Shown here: piece after piece, positions 16,076 to 26,201 of the stretch
Numbering within the stretch: position 1 is the first letter of the stretch
Layout: each line of letters begins with the position of its first letter
Source of the DNA: an uncultured Planctomycetales bacterium
Lineage (GTDB): Bacteria > Omnitrophota > Gorgyraeia > Gygaellales > Profunditerraquicolaceae
DNA length: 64,000 nucleotides
Assembly (NCBI GenBank): GCA_964427405.1
Contig: CAYRUB010000001.1
Coordinates: 157,884 to 221,883 of the forward strand
Direction of reading: 5' to 3'
Notes under the pieces: model-generated
What the model saw: the letters and a program-made list of their open reading frames with translations, nothing else
Told to the model about the DNA's origin: nothing
The model's database searches: none
Program-made: the position numbers and the translations under genes

Positions 16076-17502
16076 TGTCAAGCCAAAATAGAAATGTCCG
16101 GTTCTTACCAAAATAGAAATGTCCGGTTTTAAACCTTTACCAAAAGAGCTTCATGCTGCGCGCTCTGCCGCAATCGCAGAGCCTCATACATCTGCCGTTT
16201 AAAGGGATGATCCATGGGCGGACGGTACATTTCCCGTTTTATCGGCTTAGATTCCCGTTCGATCACCGGCTTAATGGTAATCGGCTTATACGTCAAATAG
16301 CGATTATTGCCAAAAATCAACATGGTACCGTCAATACGCTCTTCAAGAATAACCTTGCGGCCGGGATTCCTGTCTTTAATCTGGTACAGCTTCTTTTTGT
16401 AAGCAATGGTAAAGTCATTACGGACTACCCTCTCGGTCTTAATACACAAGATTGTATTTAAATTGATGCCCGCCGGTACCGGCCGGTGCATATCTGTTGA
16501 GTCTGCCGGAAGCACGGCAAACCGCTTATTATGCTTCGGCCAGTAACTCTTTAAGAACATATTGGCCTCGGGTATAGACTTAATCCCCGCTAATCGCAGC
16601 TCTTTAACCAGGCGATCCTGATCCGTCTTAAAAGAACGCTCGATCCTGCCTTTGGCAGGAGCTGAATGCGCATGGATTACTCGTATATCCAGCTCCCCGC
16701 ATGCCCTCTCAAACTGGCTAAGATTGAACCGATTATTCAACTCATCTTCTATCGTTTGCCTCTGCCGGCCTGTATATGTTGAATGCCGATCAACGCGTAT
16801 ATGCTTTGCGGCAAGCCGTTCTCTTTAATATAATCCAATAACCCCGCAAACGCAGGCAGTGTTCCTTCGTGTTTATAAAAAGATCCACTCTTGTTACTTG
16901 TGGCATCGTCAATATACCCCATAAGAACACACTCCTCTGCCCTGCCTTCAAGCCAGGGATGATGCGATCCGTCCATCTGCAGCATCTCTCCGCGGTAATG
17001 TTTTCGCTCCCGCCAATGCCGATATTTGCGTGAGGCCCGTTTGCGTTGCCACAATCCTTCTGCAATAAGCTTCTTGCGTAACGTCTCGTCGCTTATCGTA
17101 ATCTTGTGCCGTTCAAAGAGCTTCTCAGAGGCAAACGTCGGCCCAAAATCGCGGTATATCCTCCGGTATAGACTCAGGATCTTCTCCCATGCCCTGCTGG
17201 TTATCCGCCGTTTGGATGCCTTCCCGCGCAATCCATGCACCAAACCTTTTTCGCCTTCGGCTCGATAATGCACCGTAAGCCGCCGTATCTGACGCTCACT
17301 CAAGCTAAGTTGCTCACCGGCTTCTTTTTGTGTCAAAGAACGTTCTAAAACTTTACGTATAATATGTACCCGATTCAGTTCCTTCTGGCTCATCTGTACA
17401 ATGTCCTCTCCCATGCTTAACCTCCCTTAAGAAGGTTACCATGGTTTTGTTAACAGGACATTCTTACTTTGGCCAAATAGGACATTATCACTTTGGTATT
17501 AC
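16076..17502 (-). mobile_element. ISNCY-like insertion sequence flanked by 17-bp direct repeats
   Basis: Flanking direct repeats AGCCTTTTTTGGGTCAT at 16059-16075 and 17503-17519. Each end carries two tandem ~21-nt repeats (CCAAAATAGAAATGTCCGGTT x2 at left; inverted CCAAAGTGATAATGTCCTATT / CCAAAGTAAGAATGTCCTGTT at right). Confidence 0.7.
16129..17414 (-). pseudogene. DDE transposase (HTH + integrase core) split by a frameshift into 221-aa and 203-aa ORFs
   Basis: N-terminal part 16749-17414 (MSQKELNRVHIIRKV... HTH). C-terminal part 16129-16740 (integrase-core-like). The parts are in different frames and would join to about 430 aa. Confidence 0.5.
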
Positions 17503-17531
17503 AGCCTTTTTTGGGTCATCGCAGGAGTTGT

Positions 17532-18821
17532 TCATTCCTCCTCTCCCTTACTTTCAGATACGGGTAGATACATCTCCTGCTTATCCTGCTTTTCAGTAGT
17601 TTCATCGAAATACGAAGTAGTACCGTCATCGTTTATAATGGTGTTGAGTTTCTCTTTCTCTGATTCTGATAAGATACCAGACATGGCTTCGTTGTAGTCT
17701 TTGTAGATCTGTCTTTCCTCTTTAAATCTTTCTAACTTTTCCTTCAGGTAATCATAATCCCTCTCAAACACGCCTCTCTGCACATCATCCAATCCTGGCG
17801 CGCGCATAGCTTCCAACAGGTCATCCATTGCCTGCCTGCATTGAGATATAGTTTTAAAATAAGCTATGTCAGAAGATAGCTTGGAAACAGCAATATATTG
17901 TTTTGCCTTAGGCATTAAGGTGATGTTTCTGATCTGCTCTTCTGTCACCGGGTTATTAGGCAAAGATAGCTCTTTTAAAGAGTCATTAGATAATGTTTTT
18001 GAATTCAAGTATCCATCCGTAAGGGAAAACAGCTTATTAGAGGTATCAGTTCTAAACTCATCGTTTACTTTGTAAATGGATTTTTCTCCCTTATTGTTTT
18101 CAATCTGGGATGCAGTAATTGTGGTTTCACCTACCACTGACTTAACAAAATCTTTCCTGTCATCAGGGATACTTATCTTTTTAAAGATATCGGAAAGCAC
18201 ATTAATCTTACCTCCCTGTGCCAAGGGAATGCCTTCGGCATTCTTCAGGAAGGCAAAAGGGTCTTTATTTTCTTTGCAAGCTTTAAGAGCGTTGTCTATA
18301 TCCAAACCCGTACCGACCTTTTCTTTAACACACTCACTTTCGCTTTTCTTCCTTAGCTTATCCATGTATTCACCGGCTGCCTTCTCGATGTCTTCGCACT
18401 GGGCATACCTTAAGCCTAAGCGCATATTTGTCATGGCATTAAAATGCTTGATGATATCAGCTAAAGTCGGTGAAACATACTCCAATAATAGCATGGGCGC
18501 AGCTGCCATGGCTTCGCTGGAGATACCTTTCATATAATCCGCCAGAATCTGCTCTGAAAGTACGCTATTAAAGCTTGAGGCAAGGTCAAAACCGCTGCAT
18601 CCTTTTGAGCCGCTAAGAATAGAATAACCTACTCCCGGCTCATCAGGCGGGACATTAGGATGATAATCAATACCTCCGCGGTAATAGAATCCGGTCCTAT
18701 CTTCGGAAATAGCGCTATCAATGGTATAAAGGCTAGAGGCATCATCTTTAGAGAAGATATCGGCATAGCTTATATGTGTTAGAGCCAAAATGAGAATTAA
18801 TAATATTAGGACTTTCTTCAT
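17532..18821 (-). CDS. traH: TraH-like F-type conjugative pilus assembly protein
   Basis: Signal peptide, about 430 aa, C-terminal coiled coil. Sits at the TraH position in an F-like gene order. Confidence 0.45.
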   Translation of the reverse strand: MKKVLILLILILALTHISYADIFSKDDASSLYTIDSAISEDRTGFYYRGGIDYHPNVPPDEPGVGYSILSGSKGCSGFDLASSFNSVLSEQILADYMKGISSEAMAAAPMLLLEYVSPTLADIIKHFNAMTNMRLGLRYAQCEDIEKAAGEYMDKLRKKSESECVKEKVGTGLDIDNALKACKENKDPFAFLKNAEGIPLAQGGKINVLSDIFKKISIPDDRKDFVKSVVGETTITASQIENNKGEKSIYKVNDEFRTDTSNKLFSLTDGYLNSKTLSNDSLKELSLPNNPVTEEQIRNITLMPKAKQYIAVSKLSSDIAYFKTISQCRQAMDDLLEAMRAPGLDDVQRGVFERDYDYLKEKLERFKEERQIYKDYNEAMSGILSESEKEKLNTIINDDGTTSYFDETTEKQDKQEMYLPVSESKGEEE

Positions 18822-19546
18822 TGAAATAGCTTTAATATCCTCTCCTCATCCATAAATCTAGATAGAAAATATCTCTGCTTTTTTTTGTTAAATACCGCAA
18901 TGCTTGGATAAGAATTAATCTTAAAAAGTCTGCTCATGCCGTTATCCTGTCTTGCCGGAAACCTAAACTCCTCCAATTCTCTGTCAGAAAAACCTTTGGT
19001 AAAGGCCTCAATTCTTATTTCAGGATGATTGAGGTAGATATCCTCTATCACCCGGGATTCCTTCTCGCAAGTCGGGCAGCCTTTTAGCATAAAATAAAAC
19101 AGGTATCCTGTTCCGGCTCTAGTGTCATCGCTCGAATCTTTAAAAGTTTCGCTGGATTTAAGCTCAAGCAGGCCTTTTGTTTCCTTCATTACATCAATCT
19201 CCTTTGCTTCTTTCTTTAGCAATTCCTGGGCTAAGATGAATTTCTTGATCCTTTTTAAATTCCACTGTAAATACGCCTTTGCGCTTTCCGGGTCAGGCTT
19301 ATCCAGAAAATCCCTTACCTCTTTAGGCGGGACATAGATAGTTACCTGTCCTGAAGGGCTGATTATCGGCTCAGCCCATTCGTCCGAAAGGATTTCGGAA
19401 GAATTGTTAGTATCTGCTGCTGCCGGTTCATTCTGCACCTCTGTCTCTTGGAAAAAATCAATCCGTCTATACTGAAAGATATTTTCTGCTTTTGCCAAAA
19501 CAAGATGAAATAGGAAAATAATAAACATAAGAATAAATAGTCTCAT
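18818..19546 (-). CDS. thioredoxin-fold conjugal protein (TraF/TrbB-like)
   Basis: Signal peptide. YFMLKGCPTCEK CxxC motif. Sits between the TraU-like and TraH-like genes. Confidence 0.45.
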   Translation of the reverse strand: MRLFILMFIIFLFHLVLAKAENIFQYRRIDFFQETEVQNEPAAADTNNSSEILSDEWAEPIISPSGQVTIYVPPKEVRDFLDKPDPESAKAYLQWNLKRIKKFILAQELLKKEAKEIDVMKETKGLLELKSSETFKDSSDDTRAGTGYLFYFMLKGCPTCEKESRVIEDIYLNHPEIRIEAFTKGFSDRELEEFRFPARQDNGMSRLFKINSYPSIAVFNKKKQRYFLSRFMDEERILKLFQ

Positions 19547-20097
19547 TTATAAAGTTTTGATATGAAATCATTAAAGTCAGATAAACCGGTTAGTTTTTGC
19601 TGGCTGCCGTTTTGAGTAATGATGTAAACCGGTGTCTTAATGATATTAAACTCTTTTGTAAGGATGCCACTTAGGTCAATGCTTAATTCAATACCAGAGC
19701 CAAAAAACTTCTGTTTAGTAAGCAGCTTTTGTTTTAAATTGTTCGAACTTCCGGTAATAACTCCCTTAACTTCCCAGCTGGGGTTATTATCCTTAAATCT
19801 AATCAAAGAACTAACCGCCTGGTCAAAAGAACTGTCGCTAAGATCGATAAATAAGGTAATCTCATTGCCGCTGGCATTCTTATTGAGATTGTTGGAAATC
19901 TTCTTTTCTATTGCTGCAACTTTATCTTTTAAATCCGGATTCAAATTGAGTGGATCGCCTTTACATTCGCTGCAGGCGCTTTGCTGTATTGAAGTATCTT
20001 TTTCATCGAAAAATCCCGCAATTACACAAGCCGGATTGAATAATATAAAAATACTTAAGACTGCACTTAATAAATACAACATATTCTTCTTCTCCAA
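19543..20097 (-). CDS. periplasmic conjugal transfer protein (TrbC/TraW-position)
   Basis: Signal peptide, 184 aa. Assigned by position only. Confidence 0.25.
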   Translation of the reverse strand: MEKKNMLYLLSAVLSIFILFNPACVIAGFFDEKDTSIQQSACSECKGDPLNLNPDLKDKVAAIEKKISNNLNKNASGNEITLFIDLSDSSFDQAVSSLIRFKDNNPSWEVKGVITGSSNNLKQKLLTKQKFFGSGIELSIDLSGILTKEFNIIKTPVYIITQNGSQQKLTGLSDFNDFISKLYK

Positions 20098-20975
20098 TAT
20101 ACCCAGAGGTATTTACCACTAGGAGATAATTTCCCAGATTCCCAGGTTGCCGGATGCTGACCTATTTTGATGCAGCCGGATGGATTCGGATAGATTAACT
20201 CCAGCTTATCGCTTTCAAAAGAAGGAATAAAGCCTGTTGTTTCTAAAACAATGTGCGAAGTAGAACCCAAGAGCGAAGCAATACTAATTGCTCTAGTTGC
20301 AGCTATTGCGCTTCCCACCACCTCGCTCTGATGCGTAACAAAACCGCGCCTGGGGTAAGTCGCTCCCCAGAACCCCATGCACAGATCATCCAAAAATGCT
20401 CCTGTTGCAGCGCAGGTCAGGCCACTTACTGCTGAGGCGATACTTTTTGGATGCAAAACCTCAATAGCCCCTATACGCCATTCCGCAGAATCTAATTCCG
20501 AGAGATACTTGATAAATGAGCCCGTTGGTAATTTATCTGGACACTGCATATCAATAAAAGACATAATTTCATCCCTGAACGGGAATTCATACACGTGCGC
20601 TTCATTAAACTGCAGGTTAGTGCCGGTTATCTTACTAGAGCTGGATCCGCTTGAAACACCTACAGGCAATCCGGTAAGCCCGGACATAAGGCTTTTAGCC
20701 CTCTGAGCTGCCATATCAGCGATAACCAGCTTTAGCGAATCGATTACACTGTCACCCGGGCGCTTGACGGTTTCAATTAAAAGAGCTGGTTCCCAATACA
20801 TGATTACGACCCCAGGGATACCAATAGGATTCACGCATACGCCGATTCCCCTTAGGTCTATGCAGTTTAAATTTACCATTCCCAGGATATCGATAGACTC
20901 AAGGGCAAAAGCTTTTCCTAATAAAACGAATAGGAACAAAACAATGCTGAAAGCCTTCTTTAATTTAGAGGTCAT
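20067..20975 (-). CDS. traU: TraU-like conjugal DNA transfer protein
   Basis: Signal peptide, about 300 aa, conserved Cys. Position relative to TraC/TraF/TraH fits the F order. Confidence 0.45.
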   Translation of the reverse strand: MTSKLKKAFSIVLFLFVLLGKAFALESIDILGMVNLNCIDLRGIGVCVNPIGIPGVVIMYWEPALLIETVKRPGDSVIDSLKLVIADMAAQRAKSLMSGLTGLPVGVSSGSSSSKITGTNLQFNEAHVYEFPFRDEIMSFIDMQCPDKLPTGSFIKYLSELDSAEWRIGAIEVLHPKSIASAVSGLTCAATGAFLDDLCMGFWGATYPRRGFVTHQSEVVGSAIAATRAISIASLLGSTSHIVLETTGFIPSFESDKLELIYPNPSGCIKIGQHPATWESGKLSPSGKYLWVYWRRRICCIY

Positions 20976-20979
20976 TGTT

Positions 20980-21807
20980 TTATGAGATTTTCATAATGAA
21001 GCAAAGGGCGTAATACGGCGGCAGTATGTTATGCGGCTGACCTCCACCCATGCTGCTGGTATTTGAAACTTGTGTTCCAGTACATAAAGGAGAACTGTGT
21101 CCATCATACCTGCTGTAGAATGTAGGTTCATTGTAAGCATGTGAATGTGCAGGCATCTCAACAATAGTTAAGATATGTTTTGCCTCTCCTCCAATCTTAG
21201 TTAATGAACCGGAAACATTCGTCATTGAAATACCACCTGAATCCTGCCTTGCTCCCACCACAAACCTGTCCCTTAAATCAGGGGTGCCATTCGTGCCATC
21301 GCAGAGCTGCCAGCCTGCAGGTATGGAAGCAACAGTACCTGGCCAGATAACGATTGAACCTATGGGGAGAGAATTATTTTGACTACCGGGTACAGGCACA
21401 GTGGTGCCGACAATAACGCCTGATACAGAAGTAGTAGGCAGGTCTCTTGCCACAAGATTAGTCCACTCTTGGGGCACAGTGGTTGATACCGTAAAAGCGC
21501 TTGTGTTTGAGGAAATAGTGTAAGCATTCTGCCAGGGATTAAAAGCACTCCAAGAAGGATTTAAGTATCCTGCGTTTTGTAAAACCTGGATACTCGCGGG
21601 CCAGGCGTTGTTAGTTGCGTAATACGATAATGCCGCCTGCTCTATTGTTGACATCTCAAGAGCAGTCTTTTCCCCAGCTTTAATCTGCATTCTTTTAATA
21701 AAGACAGGCGTAATGGATGAGGTTAGAATGACCAAAACCCCAAGAGCAATACAGAGCTCAATAAGGGAAAAACCCTTTTTATTGTTTATAGATGTATTTT
21801 TTCTCAT
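20980..21807 (-). CDS. prepilin-type N-terminus fused to phage tail-collar (MdpB-like) domain
   Basis: KKGFSLIELCIALGVLVIL is a class III signal with a methylation motif. C-terminal WPGTVASIPAGWQLCDGTNGTPDLRDRFVVGA is the tail-collar signature. Confidence 0.6.
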   Translation of the reverse strand: MRKNTSINNKKGFSLIELCIALGVLVILTSSITPVFIKRMQIKAGEKTALEMSTIEQAALSYYATNNAWPASIQVLQNAGYLNPSWSAFNPWQNAYTISSNTSAFTVSTTVPQEWTNLVARDLPTTSVSGVIVGTTVPVPGSQNNSLPIGSIVIWPGTVASIPAGWQLCDGTNGTPDLRDRFVVGARQDSGGISMTNVSGSLTKIGGEAKHILTIVEMPAHSHAYNEPTFYSRYDGHSSPLCTGTQVSNTSSMGGGQPHNILPPYYALCFIMKIS

Positions 21808-22252
21808 ACTTTAATTTCCAGGTTATTGATTCTAATGACTTAGTAACACTCACTAAATCGTTATTGCCTTGGTTTACCACCACAATTTCGCTACCGTAAC
21901 CTTTAGAGGTGATCAGGCCTTTTGGCAGAAGTGTAGATACCGAAACACTTGATGTGTTGGAGGTAATTATATAAGCATTACCAAAAGGATTAACATCGCA
22001 TGCCTCTTGCACCAGATAGCTGGGGCGTAGGTCGAATAAACTCACCGGCCACGCCCCACGCTCGCTGTAGAATCTCGTGCTTGCCAAAGCTATTGAATCC
22101 AGTTCTTCAAGCGCTCTTATGCCTGAAGCAACCTGGCGTATTTTTGCCGCAGAACAAAACACTGCGGAAATAAATACCCCTGCCAGCATAAGCACAAGGC
22201 TCAGTTCGACTAAACTAAATCCCCTCCTCCTTTTTAAAACGTTATCGTCCAT
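21779..22252 (-). CDS. pseudopilin (prepilin-type N-terminal cleavage/methylation domain)
   Basis: RRGFSLVELSLVLMLAGV prepilin motif. Confidence 0.6.
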   Translation of the reverse strand: MDDNVLKRRRGFSLVELSLVLMLAGVFISAVFCSAAKIRQVASGIRALEELDSIALASTRFYSERGAWPVSLFDLRPSYLVQEACDVNPFGNAYIITSNTSSVSVSTLLPKGLITSKGYGSEIVVVNQGNNDLVSVTKSLESITWKLKYEKKYIYKQ

Positions 22253-22668
22253 GTTTCAGATGCATAGCTTGTTGCTGCCGCGCTGTTAGCAAACAAGGCG
22301 CTCAGGCGCGCCGCCGCAGCAGCACTTACGCCGGTAAGTGAAATATCAACCTTATTGGCGTCGGTGTTCGGGTCTATCGCGTAGTTGCCGCCCCAGGGGT
22401 TTGAACCTGTTGCGGAAAATGCAGCAGGCAGATACCCTGACGTCTGCAGGCCCGCTACGCTTATTCCGGTATAGGTCATACTACCGCCTGCAATGTAGCT
22501 TTCCGCAGCCGTCCTTAGGGCCTTGACCGATTCGGAAGCCGAATGCACCTTGGCATTCTCCCTGATACCGCTGGTTAAACCTACTGCCATGATCAGAAGC
22601 GCGATGATGCTTATGACCAAGACCAGTTCGATCAGCGTAAAACCGCTTTTCTTGCTCCTTAACCTCAT
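22234..22668 (-). CDS. type IV pilin / pseudopilin
   Basis: Start at MRLRSKKSGFTLIELVLVISIIAL, which has a GGAGGTG RBS. The ORF-track upstream extension is rejected. Confidence 0.65.
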   Translation of the reverse strand: MRLRSKKSGFTLIELVLVISIIALLIMAVGLTSGIRENAKVHSASESVKALRTAAESYIAGGSMTYTGISVAGLQTSGYLPAAFSATGSNPWGGNYAIDPNTDANKVDISLTGVSAAAAARLSALFANSAAATSYASETWTITF

Positions 22669-22687
22669 TGCTCTCACCTCCTTTCTC

Positions 22688-23893
22688 CTAAAACTTAACA
22701 TTGCCTCCCGCAATGTTGGAAAGATTGCTGTAAACCGGCGTGATGAATGCCGAGACAACAAATAACAGAATCAGGGCGCAGAACACTAAAAGCGCAGGCT
22801 GGATAAAACTCAAAATTACGCGCGTGCGCCTTGAAACCTTCTCAAAATAATACTTGGAAAGATTCTGCAGATACTCATCAAGCGAACCCATTTCTTCGCC
22901 TTTTCTTACCGAATAATATATGAATGACGGAAAGAAAGAATCCTTGGCAAGCGCCTGCCAGAAACTTAGACCGCTTGCGATGTAGTCTTTTAGCCTGCCG
23001 ATCTTTTTGGCTAAGAACTGATAGGAAGTGGTTTCCTCAATCAGCGAAAGTGCATCAGCGATATTGATGCCGTTTCTTGAGAGGATCGCAAGGTTAGAGA
23101 AAAACACGCTGAAAGCCGCGTCTTTTGCAACCGGTCCGAAGAGCGGGATTTTGTAATAGTAAGAAGCAAGCCTTCCAGCTGGGCTTTTCCTGAACCTTGA
23201 ATAAATAAAAATACCGGCAACAGGGAACAATAGGCAGACAAACCAGTAATCCTTCAGGAAATGGCTTAAAAATAAAAGCAGCCTGGTTGAGAAATAATTG
23301 TTCCCCCTTATGGGAAGAAGCGCTTCCAGGTGCGGAATTACCTTAAAGGAAACATAGAACATTATCCCAATGAGCATAGAGAATACGACTGCCGGATAAA
23401 TCACAGCGTTCCTTAAACTGCGCAGGAATTCCGCCTCCCTGGAATAATACTGCGCCAGGTCAACAAAGACTTGCTCTAAGCTACCGGACTTCTCTCCTAC
23501 CTTAAGCGTGTTTAAAACCAGCCAAGGGAAAACTTTTGTTTTCTCAAAGGCCTTAGCCAGAGAAAAACCGTTGGCAAGATCATATTCGATCCCCGATAAG
23601 GCTTTAGACAATACCTTATCAATGGATGACTCGCGCAGAGCGCTTATCGCCTCGTTCATGGCAATACCGGTTTTAAGCATATTAGCCAAATCCTCAAAAA
23701 ATAAAGACAGACTTTGCGCCTTGACGGTCTTTTTTTCCAGGATAAACTTTATTGACTTAAAGAAATCCGCTTCCAGGGACAATATGTAATAATTTTTCTC
23801 TTTTAGCCTTTTCGCTATTTCTGGGGATGTCCCCCGCTCAAAGCCTTTGATTTCATTTCCGGTTTGAGTCAAGACGCTGTATCTGTAATACAT
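22688..23893 (-). CDS. pilC: type II secretion / type IV pilus platform protein (GspF/PilC family)
   Basis: 401 aa, duplicated GspF-type domains with 3 TM segments. Confidence 0.8.
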   Translation of the reverse strand: MYYRYSVLTQTGNEIKGFERGTSPEIAKRLKEKNYYILSLEADFFKSIKFILEKKTVKAQSLSLFFEDLANMLKTGIAMNEAISALRESSIDKVLSKALSGIEYDLANGFSLAKAFEKTKVFPWLVLNTLKVGEKSGSLEQVFVDLAQYYSREAEFLRSLRNAVIYPAVVFSMLIGIMFYVSFKVIPHLEALLPIRGNNYFSTRLLLFLSHFLKDYWFVCLLFPVAGIFIYSRFRKSPAGRLASYYYKIPLFGPVAKDAAFSVFFSNLAILSRNGINIADALSLIEETTSYQFLAKKIGRLKDYIASGLSFWQALAKDSFFPSFIYYSVRKGEEMGSLDEYLQNLSKYYFEKVSRRTRVILSFIQPALLVFCALILLFVVSAFITPVYSNLSNIAGGNVKF

Positions 23894-25537
23894 CTATCCG
23901 AGTATCCTTTCCGCTTCTTCAAGTGAGGTTAGTCCTTTTAAAAGAAGCGTTCCCGCGTCCTGCTCCAAAGTTAGATACGCTTTTTCTCTCCATTTGTGCC
24001 TCAACTGGTCGAGTTTTCCGGAAGCAACCATGTCGCGGATTTCCTCGTCAAAATCCAGGATCTCGGCAATTACGGTACGCCCTTTATAACCTCCCTGGCA
24101 GTGTTCGCAGCCCCCTGCCTTAAACAAACGAATCTCATTTTCGTTTTCGCCAAGCAGGAGATTCTTAAAAGAATCAGGCATATTTTCCTTTTTAACCTTA
24201 ACCCTCTTCCTGCAGAAAGGGCAGAGCTTGCGTATTAGCCTTTGGGAAATGACACAAAGAATACTGTTTGCGATATAAGACAGATCGATACCTAAGTCAT
24301 GCAGCCTGTAAATGGAATCTACCGCGGTATTGGTATGCAATGTAGAAAGCACCCTGTGGCCGGTGATGGATGCTCGTATAGCTTCCTGCGCCGTATCAGC
24401 GTCTCTAATTTCGCCGATTAAAATAATGTTAGGATCATGCCTTAAGAAGGCTCTTGTGGCATGGGCAAAGCTTATGCCCTGTTTTTCGTTAATCTGCACC
24501 TGGTTTATAAGCGGCATTTTAATCTCCACAGGATCCTCAATAGTCAATACTTTTGTGGAGAGGTCTTTAAGCTGATTCAAGATGGCATAGAGTGTGGTGG
24601 TTTTACCGCTTCCTGTGGGCCCGGTGATAATGATAATACCGTGGGGCTTACGCACTATGCGGCGTATATTGTCAAAGTGCAAATCATCAAAACCCAGGTT
24701 GGGAAGAGTAATCAGGGTTTTATTTACATTCAAGAGCCTTAGAACAAGCGCCGGACCGAAAACAGAGGGAATGCTCGATACCCGGATATCCACGGAATGA
24801 TCCGAATAAGTGTGCTGGAACCTGGCGTCATGGAAGCGGTAAAAGTCAGATACGGTAATCTCTGCGCGGCTAAAAACCACATTTATTAAGTTGTTATGCA
24901 CCTCCAAAGGTATACAAAACTTAAAGTAAAGTATGCCGTCGATCCTGAAGCGTATGGTGGATATTTTTTCTTCAGGCTCAATGTGGATATCGGTGGCATT
25001 ATGGATAATCGCGTCATTAAGCAGCTCATCCAAGAGCTCTTTTAGCTCATCGCCAACAACGCCTCTTTCCTTAAGCAGGTTTATTCTCTTGTCAATCTCC
25101 TGCTTTATTTTTTTGTTCTTAAGCAGCTCCAGATGCGCTCGGATTGTGCTTTCGCTGCCGATATAAAACTCTTTGTCGCGCAGCCCCAAGATAGCTAAAA
25201 GATCAGTTGCCTCGATATCAAAAGGATAGGCGAAAATAAAGCTAAGTCCGTTCTCTGTTTCAACCGGGACAAATGCCCTGTCTATCAGAAAATCCAGGCC
25301 TATCTTTTCTATTACCGGAAGGTCTAAGACATACTTTTTGTCAAAATACCTCCAGCCAACCTGCCTTGCTAATGCCCTTGCTATATCTTCGTCGCTTGCG
25401 AAGTTGTAATATTTAAGAATCCTTCCTAACCTTTGACCGGGGCTGGTATTCCTCTGAATAGTCAGGGCAAATTCAAGCTGCTCTTTGGTGATTACTTTAG
25501 AGCTTAAAAGGATGTTTCCTATTTCTTGTACAGGCAT
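23894..25537 (-). CDS. pilB: GspE/PilB-family assembly ATPase
   Basis: GPTGSGKTTTLYA Walker A, Asp/His boxes, N-terminal GSPII_E-N-like domain, tetra-Cys zinc site (CPFC...CEHC). Confidence 0.85.
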   Translation of the reverse strand: MPVQEIGNILLSSKVITKEQLEFALTIQRNTSPGQRLGRILKYYNFASDEDIARALARQVGWRYFDKKYVLDLPVIEKIGLDFLIDRAFVPVETENGLSFIFAYPFDIEATDLLAILGLRDKEFYIGSESTIRAHLELLKNKKIKQEIDKRINLLKERGVVGDELKELLDELLNDAIIHNATDIHIEPEEKISTIRFRIDGILYFKFCIPLEVHNNLINVVFSRAEITVSDFYRFHDARFQHTYSDHSVDIRVSSIPSVFGPALVLRLLNVNKTLITLPNLGFDDLHFDNIRRIVRKPHGIIIITGPTGSGKTTTLYAILNQLKDLSTKVLTIEDPVEIKMPLINQVQINEKQGISFAHATRAFLRHDPNIILIGEIRDADTAQEAIRASITGHRVLSTLHTNTAVDSIYRLHDLGIDLSYIANSILCVISQRLIRKLCPFCRKRVKVKKENMPDSFKNLLLGENENEIRLFKAGGCEHCQGGYKGRTVIAEILDFDEEIRDMVASGKLDQLRHKWREKAYLTLEQDAGTLLLKGLTSLEEAERILG

Positions 25538-25538
25538 T

Positions 25539-26201
25539 TTAGTTCATGAAGTTAAGTTTAAACGAGCTTCCGTCAACCTGCTTAAAAGTCACACCTGTTG
25601 GCTCAATCTGTTCAACGGTCAACTTCGAAGCAATGGAATCTCCTTCCCTAAAGACATAAGGAGAGTTTTTTAAACTAACCTGTCCTTCTTTGAGATTATC
25701 CGCTATTACCAAAAGCTGTATTTTTATATCCGCAGGATCCACGAGGGGAGCTTTTACACTTTGCGTAAGCCCGCCTGGCACAGAAGAAACATCACCTTTC
25801 CCCTGTGGCAGAGCCTTGTCAATTTCAAAGATCTCTTTTTCCGCCTGTCTCTTCTTTAAAAGAAGATCACTTTTTTCAAGGTCAAGCTTGATAACTTCAA
25901 GCTCTTTTTGTTTATTTTCCAAAACCTCTCTGTAAGCCCTTATATTCTCTAGTTCCTGCTCGCCTGTATCATCAGCAGGCCTTGCTTTTTCTAAATCCGC
26001 TTCGGCTTTGACAGGATTATCTTCCTTGGGAAGAGTTTCATTTTCCTGCGCCTGAACCTTCGTTTTAGTGTCAATCTTATCCACTGCCAAGAGATTATCC
26101 TGGCAATAGCCAAACTTAAGACCTATTGCTGCCGCTACCAACACTGACAAAAACAATATTCGCTTCATTTTTTGTTTTCCTCCTTCTTTTTTAAGTCCCA
26201 T
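25539..26201 (-). CDS. PilP-like pilus assembly protein (putative)
   Basis: Signal/TM, coiled coil, C-terminal beta domain. Assigned by position in the T4P module. Confidence 0.3.
   Translation of the reverse strand: MGLKKEGGKQKMKRILFLSVLVAAAIGLKFGYCQDNLLAVDKIDTKTKVQAQENETLPKEDNPVKAEADLEKARPADDTGEQELENIRAYREVLENKQKELEVIKLDLEKSDLLLKKRQAEKEIFEIDKALPQGKGDVSSVPGGLTQSVKAPLVDPADIKIQLLVIADNLKEGQVSLKNSPYVFREGDSIASKLTVEQIEPTGVTFKQVDGSSFKLNFMN

Noticed and set aside
16083-16128. Tandem 21-nt repeats resembling a mini CRISPR-like array
   Set aside because: There are only two units, they are mirrored in inverted form at the other IS end, and there are no cas genes. They are IS terminal repeats.
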